A DNA stretch of 64,000 nucleotides from a virus: positions 96,001 through 160,000 of IMG/VR virus record IMGVR_UViG_3300031525_000001; one strand, given 5' to 3'. The notes below the pieces were generated by a model that was given only the letters and a program-made list of their open reading frames with translations, was not told the origin of the DNA and ran no database searches. A program made the position numbers and the translations under genes. Of the stretch, positions 19,775 through 29,238 are shown one piece after another. Position 1 is the first letter of the stretch; the number at the start of each line of letters is the position of its first letter.

Positions 19775-20486
19775 AAGTTTTAGTTGCTGTTTATTCACAT
19801 ACGGGGGATTCCGTCAACGGGAACCACCAAAAGATTCGTGAGACTTGGGGTGGGCACCTAGCGCCTTGGGACCTTCGCTTTATGATAGGGCATCGAGACG
19901 CACCCGGTTGGAAGGCCGTATCGGATGAAGTGCTGCTACCTGAGCGAGCCAATCGTGCTTGCGGTGCTGACTGGCTGCTTTGGAACCTGTACTACCAAGA
20001 ATTGACTATTGAGATGCTTCGTTGGTCCTTAGAACAGGGCTATGATTTCACGTTTCTCTGCTGCAATGACACATTCGTTGTTCCGAGCAAGCTTAAGACA
20101 ACGGATTTTGTAAAGTACGATTATTCGGGGGTCTTTTATCCCCCCCCCTCGACCGTGCACCGCTGGGAGAGACTTTCGATGAACCCTTCTATAAGCGCCC
20201 AGCTTATGCAGCGGCGGATGCGGGCACTGGGTGGTTCATGAGTCGTAAGGCATCGGAGTTGGTTGTCAACAGCAACCAAGACGACTATTTTGGCACTAGC
20301 GACCAGTACGTGGGGCAGGTTTTGGGGCCGTATATCAAATCGGGGGAAATCACCGCCAAGAATCTAGATAATTTTCATCATGCAGCCGCTTGGCATTACC
20401 GAGAAGAGGGAATTGCCGACCCCGTTACTGGGTATTCGAGCACCTCCAATTGGATGCGCGGTATGTACGAGGAACACGGGGGATAA
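19771..20486 (+). pseudogene. GT31-like glycosyltransferase, paralog 3, frameshifted at a C9 tract (20140-20148)
   Basis: The 5' half (to CCNDTFVVP..YDYSG) and the 3' half (DAGTGWFMSRKA...HAAAWHYR) are in different frames. C10 or C7 restores one ORF of about 238 aa, collinear with paralog 2. Confidence 0.8.
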
Positions 20487-20487
20487 A

Positions 20488-21501
20488 ATGTCCGAAGGTA
20501 AAACGTACAAACCCGTGATTTATGCCAACTACGAATTGAACGTTCCCGAGCTAAATTGGAAAACGTCTATCTCGGTGGACTGTTTCAATCTTGCCGATAC
20601 CACCCCGTACAAAGTTTTTTGGCAGCTTGAGCCGGAAGACATTATCCCGACAGAGGAGAGGCTCATTAAGAACCACAAGTTCTATGATTTGATTTTGACC
20701 GACAACAGTCGCGTGCTCAGCAAATGCCCCAACGCCGTCCTCTTCTCTAACAATGGGGTTTGGACTAAAGAAAGCGACACGTCGCAAAAAAAGTTTCAAG
20801 TCTCTTTTTTAACCAGCGCGAAAACCATGTGTGCTGGACATAGATTTCGCATTGCAACTTTCAAAGAGCTACAACAATGGTTGGGGGATGGAGGTGAGTT
20901 ACCCCTTCCCGTCAAAATGCACATGTCGCCGCCTTACCTACAGGACAAGCGCGACATGCTGGTGCCTTTTCAGTATGCGATTTCGATTCAAAACTCCCAA
21001 CAACCCAATTACTTCTCGGAAATTCTTTTGGACTGTTTTGCCACGAAAACAATTCCGATTTTTTGGGGTTGTGCAAACATTGGGCAGTTTTTCAACTTGG
21101 ATGGCGTACTGTCCTTTAGCGACGTTTCCCCCAGTGATACCACGGCAACGAGGCTCAAAGGGATTTTGGGTTCCCTGACACCCGATTTCTATCACTCATC
21201 AAAGGTACAGGCGGCAGTAGAAGAAAACTATCGGAAGGCTCTTGCATATAAAGATCGCATTGGGCTCTTGGTGGGGGCTATTACCACCAATAGAAAATTA
21301 AGATGCGAATGGGCATCAGAACTTTACAAGGCCGTAGGTACGGGCATTCCCGACTGGTGGGGTTCGACAGGCCAAGATTGTCACGAGCCCGCTACCATGC
21401 AGTGGGAAGCGGATCAACCACCCGCGTTGGTTGGGCGGGGTTTTTGTTTCGACCATTTCGTGATTATTCGATCAGCAGTCACTAAGGGTGATTGGAAATG
21501 A
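20488..21501 (+). CDS. GT10-like (alpha-1,3/4-fucosyltransferase-related) protein
   Basis: DKRDMLVPFQYAISIQNS..PNYFSEILLDCF..KTIPIFWG; the typical ENS and (T/S)EK residues are altered (Q, I). Confidence 0.65.
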   Translation: MSEGKTYKPVIYANYELNVPELNWKTSISVDCFNLADTTPYKVFWQLEPEDIIPTEERLIKNHKFYDLILTDNSRVLSKCPNAVLFSNNGVWTKESDTSQKKFQVSFLTSAKTMCAGHRFRIATFKELQQWLGDGGELPLPVKMHMSPPYLQDKRDMLVPFQYAISIQNSQQPNYFSEILLDCFATKTIPIFWGCANIGQFFNLDGVLSFSDVSPSDTTATRLKGILGSLTPDFYHSSKVQAAVEENYRKALAYKDRIGLLVGAITTNRKLRCEWASELYKAVGTGIPDWWGSTGQDCHEPATMQWEADQPPALVGRGFCFDHFVIIRSAVTKGDWK

Positions 21502-22292
21502 AAATCAGCTTAGTTATGCCGACCCACAATCGTGCAAAATATGTCCCGATGGCGATTCGGTGTTTCTATCAGCAGGGTTATCCCGATCTAGAGCTTATCA
21601 TCGTGGATGATGGGACCGAGCCCTTGACCATTCCCAACGATGATCGAATACGGTATATTCATTTGACCGCCCGTACAACAACGGGGGCTAAGAGAAATCT
21701 GGGTGCGGAAAATGCCACGAGTGAAATCATCGCTAATTGGGATGACGATGACTGGAGCCATCCTCACAGGATAGAGGACGAAGTTCGGCGTCTTCATAAT
21801 TCGAGGAAGTCCGTTACGGGGTACAACCAGACTGTGATTTATGAGGTGACTCATAAAAAGTTCATGTTGAACTTGGGGGGACCCCCATACCTTGCTTCGG
21901 GCACCAGCCAAATGTACTGGAAACAGTGGTGGAAGCAGCACCAGTACCCGAACGTGTCCTTTGGGGAGGATAGTGTTTTTGCTAGAGAAGCCCGTCTCGC
22001 GGATCAACTAGCGATTGCTCCCGTGGGAAAAATGATGGTCGCCCTGCGGCACGGGCGTAATACGGACAATTACCCCTTCCCGCATAATGGTTCGGGGCAC
22101 TACCGGGCGTTGCAACCCCATGAAGTGCCACACCTTTTTCTTGAGGCGATTGGTCAATTATCGCCAACACCGCAGTATATGCAGATTCCCCACGTCTGTA
22201 ATGAGGATTGCAGATCGAACGCCGAAGTCCAATTTGGGGCACCAACCGTAGAGTATAAAACCACCCACATCCCGGAGATTCACACCAGATGA
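21498..22292 (+). CDS. Glycosyltransferase family 2
   Basis: SLVMPTHNR, ELIIVDDG, GAKRNLG, IIANWDDDDW, GEDSVF. Confidence 0.85.
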   Translation: MKISLVMPTHNRAKYVPMAIRCFYQQGYPDLELIIVDDGTEPLTIPNDDRIRYIHLTARTTTGAKRNLGAENATSEIIANWDDDDWSHPHRIEDEVRRLHNSRKSVTGYNQTVIYEVTHKKFMLNLGGPPYLASGTSQMYWKQWWKQHQYPNVSFGEDSVFAREARLADQLAIAPVGKMMVALRHGRNTDNYPFPHNGSGHYRALQPHEVPHLFLEAIGQLSPTPQYMQIPHVCNEDCRSNAEVQFGAPTVEYKTTHIPEIHTR

Positions 22293-22930
22293 AAATCTTA
22301 GTCGCCATCCTTTCTTGCCATAGGGATCGCTCGATCCATCAAGCCCAACGAGACACGTGGTTGAAGGACCTAAAGGACGTGGATTATCGCTTTTTCCTCG
22401 GGAGACCTGCGGGGCAACCAGAAAGTGATGAAGTGTTTCTCGATGTCGATGACGGATATCTCGGCCTTTCCCATAAAACCAGAGCGATGTGCGCGTGGGC
22501 GCACGGGTGTGATTACGATTTTATACACAAGACCGATACGGATACCTTAGTCAATCCGTGGACTTTCTTGCACAGCGGCTTCGAACAACATGACTACATG
22601 GGGGGTGAGAATGCCGACAGAGTGCCCACTTGGGGAAATAGGACCGTGCAGTTTGCCAGCGGCGGGGCTGGGTATTGGTTGAGTAAAAAAGCCATGGCAA
22701 TCGTCGCAAGCACCGAGGTAATGACGAATGCCGAGGATGTGTTTGTGGCGATTGCGCTGCTGAATAAAGGAATTCTACCCGTTTGGCACAGGGGCTACAG
22801 ATGGCGTCCGGGTGAAACGGTGGACAAAGACATGGTTTCTTTGCATTTCTCCAGTGCGTTGCAGAGAAAGTACGATCCCAAAATGATGTATGAATACTAT
22901 CAGAAAATTGGAGCAACCAATGGCAGCTAA
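22289..22930 (+). CDS. GT31-like glycosyltransferase, paralog 4
   Basis: MKILVAILSC..R..QRDTWL..RFFLG..LDVDDGYLGLSHKT..DFIHKTDTDT..ASGGAGYWLSKKA..AEDVFV. Confidence 0.78.
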   Translation: MKILVAILSCHRDRSIHQAQRDTWLKDLKDVDYRFFLGRPAGQPESDEVFLDVDDGYLGLSHKTRAMCAWAHGCDYDFIHKTDTDTLVNPWTFLHSGFEQHDYMGGENADRVPTWGNRTVQFASGGAGYWLSKKAMAIVASTEVMTNAEDVFVAIALLNKGILPVWHRGYRWRPGETVDKDMVSLHFSSALQRKYDPKMMYEYYQKIGATNGS

Positions 22931-23876
22931 AGTTTCCATCATCATTCCGTGCTACAACCTCGCACAGTACCTCCCGCAGGCCATCCAGTCGGCGCTCGCT
23001 CAGGATTACGATAACGTTGAGGTGATCGTGGTGGACGATGGTTCGACGGATAATTCACTCGCCGTCGCCTTAGGCTACAAAGAGATGGTGGATGGTCAGC
23101 ACGCCGCATCGCCGACCATGAAAGTCATATCGCAGGAGAACATGGGACTCTCCTACGCGAGGAACACGGGGATCAATGTCTCGACAGCGGAGCCGCACGA
23201 GTTCATTCTCCCGCTCGATGCCGATGATTGGATAGACCCTAGCTATCTGAAAAAGACGGTGCCCCTGATGCAGGGTACACGTGTGGCTGTCGTGGGCACC
23301 CTCGTCGCCTGTTTCGGGATAAAGGACTACATCTGGCGTACATACTCACCGACCCTTGAGCAACTCAAAACCGACAATTCAATCCCCGTTTGTTCGTTGA
23401 TTCGACGTAGCGTGCTTCAAGAAGTCGGCGGGTACAACCCCGCTCTAAGCGGATACGACAAGGAACACATCGGATACGAGGACTGGAACCTGTGGCTAGA
23501 CATTGCGGAGCGTGGCTGGCGGTTTGTTATCGTCCCCGAGCCACTATTTCACTACCGTGAGAGACCCGACTCGATGCATAGAAAGACATCGACCCCTAAC
23601 AGACAGAAATTGATTGCGAGAATTAAGTCGCTTCACCCCGATCTTTGGCCGGTCGAAGCGGCAGCGGCGATACTACCGCCAGAGCAGCCCGCAGCCCCGA
23701 GACCCACACCCCCACCACCGACCATGGAGCAAAAGATGGCATCGCCCGCCCGTAAAGCACAAACGGCACAGGTGTACAGGGCAGCGTCGGGGGCTCTTTT
23801 GGGACACGTGAAGCCGAGTCAAGGGGCTTTGTACCGCAATAATAGGGGCACAGATAGCCGAAGGAAGATCAAATGA
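22920..23876 (+). CDS. Glycosyltransferase family 2
   Basis: VSIIIPCYN, VIVVDDGSTD, ENMGLSYARNTG, LPLDADD, YEDWNLWL. Confidence 0.9.
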   Translation: MAAKVSIIIPCYNLAQYLPQAIQSALAQDYDNVEVIVVDDGSTDNSLAVALGYKEMVDGQHAASPTMKVISQENMGLSYARNTGINVSTAEPHEFILPLDADDWIDPSYLKKTVPLMQGTRVAVVGTLVACFGIKDYIWRTYSPTLEQLKTDNSIPVCSLIRRSVLQEVGGYNPALSGYDKEHIGYEDWNLWLDIAERGWRFVIVPEPLFHYRERPDSMHRKTSTPNRQKLIARIKSLHPDLWPVEAAAAILPPEQPAAPRPTPPPPTMEQKMASPARKAQTAQVYRAASGALLGHVKPSQGALYRNNRGTDSRRKIK

Positions 23877-24241
23877 ACCGAGTGCTCGTAGAATCGTTGA
23901 GGCAGAAACAAGACCCACTGCAACGTCCTCCGTGGAGTCAATCGTGGAGGCGGGACCCGATCACGTCCGAGGAGATTCAGCAGGCACTTCAAGACCCAGC
24001 ACTGGACGAACAGGGACAGCCTTGGATGAGGCACTGCGGTTCTTGGACGAGGAGTGAAACCTCCAGTCGCAAGAGTCACGTCTACAGGATCGCCTATTTC
24101 GTGAAGCATCGTGAGGCGGCTACCCCCATCACCCTGAAAGCCAGCGGCTCAATGTTTGACGGCTACCATCGGTTGGCGGCTGCCATATATTGTGGGGATG
24201 AGTATATCGCTGTGGGAGAAGGCTTGGCTGCGAGAGTATAA
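23873..24241 (+). CDS. ParB/Srx-like small protein
   Basis: PITL....MFDGYHRLAAAI motif. Confidence 0.55.
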   Translation: MNRVLVESLRQKQDPLQRPPWSQSWRRDPITSEEIQQALQDPALDEQGQPWMRHCGSWTRSETSSRKSHVYRIAYFVKHREAATPITLKASGSMFDGYHRLAAAIYCGDEYIAVGEGLAARV

Positions 24242-24572
24242 AGGGCTGCGACTTAATGCCCGCCAGCCGCAGCCCACGCAAGGTGCCAAAACCGTCATGA
24301 CGGTCCCGGCGAGCGGCCATGCCCGCAAACCCAGCAAGAGCCGGGTTACATAGATGACGGGTATACTTAGGTTTGAGTAGGTGATTAAATTTTGGAATGG
24401 CGAACGCTCGCCCCTGCCCTTCTCCGCTCACTATCACCAGATGTCTTTAAGTCTGGCAGGTCAGCTTACTTGTTTCACTGACGCACGGTGTGGCACGTTC
24501 TCCATCCCCAGCCCGATCATGTCGGGCGTCGTTTGGTGCGTGGGCGCTGTAGGCGTCCATCTCTTAGGGCGG

Positions 24573-25328
24573 TTATACTAAAGGTTTTGGTAGGTGCGTT
24601 CCGCAAACGCAAGGCTTGCCACGGTTGATATTCCAACGTTTACAAATAGCCTTGGCGAGGGTGCCGTTTTCAGCCGCCATTCGTCCAGCGGTGCGTCCAC
24701 CAGCGGCGAGGTCAGCTTTGGCACGCATACGGTCCATGTGACCGCTTTCCACATTCGTCTGTCCCCCTTTACGGCAATTAGTCAGCACCTCTTTGGGGTG
24801 CTCGTTTCTCCAATCTATCAAACCTTCTCTGGCGGCAACTCGAACACTATCTAGTTGCCCGCTCACGACCGCTTGTCGCCCGCCCGCTCTTCCGCCGATA
24901 GCGCGGCATTCGCCTCCTACTTTTTTCATGGATTCGATAGCCGTCTTCTTGTAGTCGGGATTAGCCCATCTTTTTCTGGAGGCTTCTCCCACTTTTAGTC
25001 GAGCAGATTCCGAATGCGGTCCTGTAAACCCTTCGCCGCCTCGACAAATGTTGTAACCATACTCGGGGTCTTGAGAATGGAGGAAGACGATGAAATCGCG
25101 TTCATAGGCGTCAAGCTCGGATTTAGTCTGGACATCGGAGAGGAGGGCGTGTGTGGACCAATCACAGGGAAGCGGATGTTTACGCATGGAACGGAAAAGA
25201 TGAGAACTTCCTTTATCGTGCCTAGCATCAGAAAATTTGCGTTGGAAATAATTCCTCAGGTTGTTGCCCTTGTGTTGCCCGATGTAATACTTCCCCGTTA
25301 CATGGTTGACGATGAGATAGATGTACAT
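24573..25328 (-). CDS. GIY-YIG homing endonuclease
   Basis: MYIYLIVNHVTGKYYIGQH...GYNICRGGEG. Confidence 0.9.
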   Translation of the reverse strand: MYIYLIVNHVTGKYYIGQHKGNNLRNYFQRKFSDARHDKGSSHLFRSMRKHPLPCDWSTHALLSDVQTKSELDAYERDFIVFLHSQDPEYGYNICRGGEGFTGPHSESARLKVGEASRKRWANPDYKKTAIESMKKVGGECRAIGGRAGGRQAVVSGQLDSVRVAAREGLIDWRNEHPKEVLTNCRKGGQTNVESGHMDRMRAKADLAAGGRTAGRMAAENGTLAKAICKRWNINRGKPCVCGTHLPKPLV

Positions 25329-25397
25329 GAAACCCCCAGTGGGTTAATACTCAAAGGAGGGTATGAAAGTCGTTTAATTACAACAAAGTTTCCTGAC

Positions 25398-26261
25398 CTA
25401 ACCATTTTGCCCAAAAAGGTAAGCTTGAAGTACGTTGCCCGGTGTTTGACCCGTCACACGAACACGAACCCAGTTAAAATAGAGGCAAGACGGTGCCCAC
25501 ATGACCATTGTCGCTGCACCTGAATACACCCCCGTAGCTGTGTCGTATGCGATTGCCGCCTCGTTGTCTGGCTGACCTGCCGATGGTGCCGCATTGAGGT
25601 TACCGCTGATGTTTGCCCCGACGTTCGGGGTGCCCGTGGTGTTCGTAGCTGGTGGTTGAATTCCGCTGTTCTGCCATGCGTACAGGGTGAACGTGGTGTT
25701 GATGTTGAGCGGGCCGTTGGCGACTTCGAGGTTGCCGAACGTATTGCCCGAGTTAAACGGTGGATTCTGAAGGATATATAGTCCGCCGTTGACGCTGACG
25801 TACACGTTGTAGCCTGTAGCGTACCCGCCCGTGTCTGGACCGGGAGCGCCGATCTGAAGAGTGTTTCCTGCGGCGACGGCAAGCGATGTTGGCGTGCTGG
25901 CGACCGTCTCACCTTTAAGGTTGACGTAGGTCAGCTTTACCCCGTAAGTGGCGGCGGGATAGGCGAACGCCTGATTCCCGCCGCCTGCGCTAGAAGTCTG
26001 TCCGTGCCCTGCGCTCGTGGGGGTAAATGCGGTGAGAACTGGGGCTGAAGGAGCGGCAATCTGAGTGGCAAGGTTGTCGATGTTGACATTAGGGTCGTTG
26101 CTGACTTCGATGGTGATAGTGCCAGAAAGCGCGACAGGCAATCCAGCGGATGTCTGGGCAAAAATGTGGATCGAGGAGGCCACGAAATTCGAGACGTTAC
26201 GCCATGCCCCATCTGCGGCGGCGAGGTTCGTTTTGAGAATCTGGTTGGAAATAGTTTGCAT
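25398..26261 (-). CDS. Putative virion structural protein (beta-rich, Thr/Gly/Asn-rich)
   Basis: 287 aa; APSAPVLT...YGVKLTYVN..GET...TGYNVYVS pattern resembles Ig/FN3-type virion proteins. Confidence 0.55.
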   Translation of the reverse strand: MQTISNQILKTNLAAADGAWRNVSNFVASSIHIFAQTSAGLPVALSGTITIEVSNDPNVNIDNLATQIAAPSAPVLTAFTPTSAGHGQTSSAGGGNQAFAYPAATYGVKLTYVNLKGETVASTPTSLAVAAGNTLQIGAPGPDTGGYATGYNVYVSVNGGLYILQNPPFNSGNTFGNLEVANGPLNINTTFTLYAWQNSGIQPPATNTTGTPNVGANISGNLNAAPSAGQPDNEAAIAYDTATGVYSGAATMVMWAPSCLYFNWVRVRVTGQTPGNVLQAYLFGQNG

Positions 26262-26350
26262 GGAAGCTCCTTGCTATAGGAACTGAAAGTCAGAAAAGCG
26301 GTTTGTTTCCCGAAAATCAACTATCGGATGCTACTTCAGAGGGTAACAAC

Positions 26351-26668
26351 ATGGGCAAGCTTCGTGCGGCGACAACTTTCGGATTAGGGGCTCAAAAATC
26401 CGCTGATTCCAGCGTTTTCACGGTTAATCACTTCATTTCCAGCACCCCCGTACCCCCCGCCCTCAAGCAAAAGATCGCCAGCATGGGACTTGAACGGATA
26501 GCTGGCAATATATATGAATCACCGAGCACTCGGGATTTTTGGAAAGTAAAAGGAAACAGTATCATAAAGCTAGTTGGCGATGAGGTAGACAATGGAGAGT
26601 CAATCGCCGCCGCCCCTAAAAACGACCCTATGGGTTTTATGGGTGCTTTTGACGATATCGAGTTCTAA
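26351..26668 (+). CDS. Hypothetical protein with K-x-A motifs
   Basis: ATG at 26351; KSADS and KIASM motifs; first gene of the giant-ORF operon. Confidence 0.7.
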   Translation: MGKLRAATTFGLGAQKSADSSVFTVNHFISSTPVPPALKQKIASMGLERIAGNIYESPSTRDFWKVKGNSIIKLVGDEVDNGESIAAAPKNDPMGFMGAFDDIEF

Positions 26669-26669
26669 C

Positions 26670-27290
26670 ATGCTGATTTACAAGCTCACAAATCGAATCA
26701 ACGGTGGGGTCTACATCGGCAAATATGTCGGAGATGAGGCAGACGCTCGTTTTCAACAGCACGTTCGCGAAGCGAGACGGGGTGGGGATCGTTACCTATG
26801 CCGCACTATTCGCAAGTACGGCTCGGATGCCTTCAAGGTCGAAGTGATTTATCGTGCCAAGACCGCTGATGAACTCTCCAAGATGGAGACCTTTTTCATC
26901 GTTCTCCATCAAAGTCATAAAGTTGAGAACGGCTACAACATGACGCTGGGCGGTGAGGGAACTGTGGGCCGGATTATTTCGGAAAGAACAAGACAGCTTT
27001 GGAGTGAGCAGCGTAAAGGAAGACCTGTCACAGCGCAACAGTTGAAAAACCTAGCTCTTGGGCATCATCGACCGAAAAAAATAGTTGCGGTTAAACCCGC
27101 CGAAGAAGTGGAAGCCGCAATGAAAGCAGCGATGCGGGCTGCATGGACTCCCGAACGTAGGGCAGCACAAGCACAGCGGATAGCAAATCGGAATCGTCTT
27201 CGTGTTGGAAAACGTGGAGCATTATCTACGGAATGGAAGATGGCGATTTCAAATGCAAAGAAGGGGAAAGCAGCTTCGGCTGCGGCATAA
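26670..27290 (+). CDS. GIY-YIG homing endonuclease
   Basis: MLIYKLTNRINGGVYIG...RF.QH...GYNMTLGGEG. Confidence 0.9.
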   Translation: MLIYKLTNRINGGVYIGKYVGDEADARFQQHVREARRGGDRYLCRTIRKYGSDAFKVEVIYRAKTADELSKMETFFIVLHQSHKVENGYNMTLGGEGTVGRIISERTRQLWSEQRKGRPVTAQQLKNLALGHHRPKKIVAVKPAEEVEAAMKAAMRAAWTPERRAAQAQRIANRNRLRVGKRGALSTEWKMAISNAKKGKAASAAA

Positions 27291-27294
27291 ACCT

Positions 27295-29238
27295 ATGGCA
27301 GAAGAAAAGAAACCGTACACTAGCATCGTTGACGCATTCTTGGATGACCGCGAGCCCGCATGGAAGGACCTCGGCTTGAAGGACGCACAGGACTCAGGTG
27401 AAGAACAATTGGATCGTTCTCACCAGTACATCGATGATGAGTTCATGGACGACATCGCTGAGAGCGCCAGCAGGCACACCCCACTGTGGCCGGGTCGCAC
27501 TGGTTCAGCCGAGAAGAATGCTCAGCGGGATAGTCTTGAACGGGCTCGCGGTACGCATCTTGAGCGCATGGCTGCAAAGGACGGCACGGATGTATTCGAA
27601 GGTAGCAGTGTAAAAGGCTCAAGCGCCAATTGGCGTGTACAGGCAACCCAGCATCAGGAAGACTACAGTGGGAAGCTGGGCGACGATGACTCGCTGTTCG
27701 CCGAAGTAACGGAAACACTGGAATCGGCAGCCTCCACAGGCAAGGTCGAGAAGAAGAACGTGTCGGACGCACAGGTTTTGACTTACGTCCACAGCCTGCT
27801 CAATCAGGGTATGGCACCGTCAAAGATCGCCGCAAAGCTGAAGAAGCTGGCTGAGATCGAGTTGTTCAACCACCAGATGGCGACTCAATACCTGCAAGAG
27901 AACGCAGGACTGGTAGGCATGGCGTTCCTCGAACCCAACACCTACATGGACAAGAATTCCCCGACTTATGAACGAGAGAAGCACGGCAGTTCGAGCAACG
28001 GCTGCGTAGCGCAGAAGACGGCGTGGGACAAGGCCGGCATTAAGCCCCGAGCGGCATCCGTAAAGCAGATCAGCGCGTGCGAAGGATGCCAGTATTTCTC
28101 GAAGAACGGCAACGTTAAGTCCTGCGGTGTCTATCACTTACCAGTGGTAGCGACCACCAAGGAGCTTACACCCATCGTGAATAAGCTCACGGCTGGCGTG
28201 CCGAACAAGCAGAAGCGGGCAGCATTGGTTCAGATCGCCAATGGCAACGACGGCACCAAGGTCGGTTCCATGCCCATTGCTCCGAAGACAAGCTCCTCCG
28301 TTTCCCGTCACCCGAGTCTCGGCGGCGTGGAAGCGCAGGCAAAGCGTGTGGGTCGCGTGATCGCGACTGATTTCGATTCTTCGCACATTGCTGCGTTGCA
28401 TGAGAAGGGTCACTCACTGGCGGTTATCGCTCGTGCGGCTGAAAAGCGGTACGGTGCGTTTGCGGCGGGCAAGGCGGTACGTGAGTTCGTAGGCAGCTTG
28501 CGGCCGAACGTGAACGGACAGATCGTTCTGGCAAAGGCTGATGCGGAGTTCCTCGCAAAGGCCGGTATGCATAACCAGAATTTTGTGGCGGGTGCGAAGT
28601 GTGCATCCTGTGCCACACACTCGGCAGTGGTACAGAAACACAAGGTGACGGCGAACGCTAACTATGCCTCCCGTGTTCCACACGCAGGGTTCCACGAGAG
28701 CAACCCCGATCAGGTACGTCACGCACACCGTGCGGCTGCACCTGAACTTGATGCCAGCGTCATCGAGCGGTATCACAAGAAGGGTCACTCGATGGAGAAG
28801 ATTTACAAGCAGGCGGCAGCGAAGTTCGGCACCGCTCAGGCAAGCAAGGCAGTGAAAGAGTTCATCGCCAGCCTGAAGAAGAAGCCGATCAAGGTTGCGC
28901 TATCGCAGATCGACTGCACGTTCCTCAAGAACAAGCTTGCCGATCACAACCCAATTATCGGGGCACACAAGTGCGGCTCTTGCACGTATCGCAAGGGGAT
29001 GCACTGCGGTCTCACTGGCGGAACTCTCTTGAGCTTCCCCGGTATGGACAAAACGGCGTCCAACCACAAGGTCGGGGAGGGTGCGCCAGAGGATGGACGT
29101 ACAATTCTTGCTGAGTTTGACTTGATGCCGAATAGTGGGCGTCCGGGCGACACGAAGATGGCCGACATCGATATGAATCCTCCCGCACGTCAAGACGTGC
29201 AGATAGGTAGCTCGTTTGAGCTAGGAGACATAGAGTAA
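27295..29238 (+). CDS. Large Cys-rich protein with internal domain repeats (putative virion/head protein)
   Basis: Duplicated H.KGHS(L/M)..I...A..(R/K)(Y/F)G...A.KAV(R/K)EF..SL domain, each copy followed by KCxSC; CEGC..CGVY cluster. Confidence 0.8.
   Translation: MAEEKKPYTSIVDAFLDDREPAWKDLGLKDAQDSGEEQLDRSHQYIDDEFMDDIAESASRHTPLWPGRTGSAEKNAQRDSLERARGTHLERMAAKDGTDVFEGSSVKGSSANWRVQATQHQEDYSGKLGDDDSLFAEVTETLESAASTGKVEKKNVSDAQVLTYVHSLLNQGMAPSKIAAKLKKLAEIELFNHQMATQYLQENAGLVGMAFLEPNTYMDKNSPTYEREKHGSSSNGCVAQKTAWDKAGIKPRAASVKQISACEGCQYFSKNGNVKSCGVYHLPVVATTKELTPIVNKLTAGVPNKQKRAALVQIANGNDGTKVGSMPIAPKTSSSVSRHPSLGGVEAQAKRVGRVIATDFDSSHIAALHEKGHSLAVIARAAEKRYGAFAAGKAVREFVGSLRPNVNGQIVLAKADAEFLAKAGMHNQNFVAGAKCASCATHSAVVQKHKVTANANYASRVPHAGFHESNPDQVRHAHRAAAPELDASVIERYHKKGHSMEKIYKQAAAKFGTAQASKAVKEFIASLKKKPIKVALSQIDCTFLKNKLADHNPIIGAHKCGSCTYRKGMHCGLTGGTLLSFPGMDKTASNHKVGEGAPEDGRTILAEFDLMPNSGRPGDTKMADIDMNPPARQDVQIGSSFELGDIE

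Noticed and set aside
24242-24350. Twister ribozyme
   Set aside because: Fragments such as TTAATGC, GGTCCC and GGTTACA are present but not in the required order or pairing.
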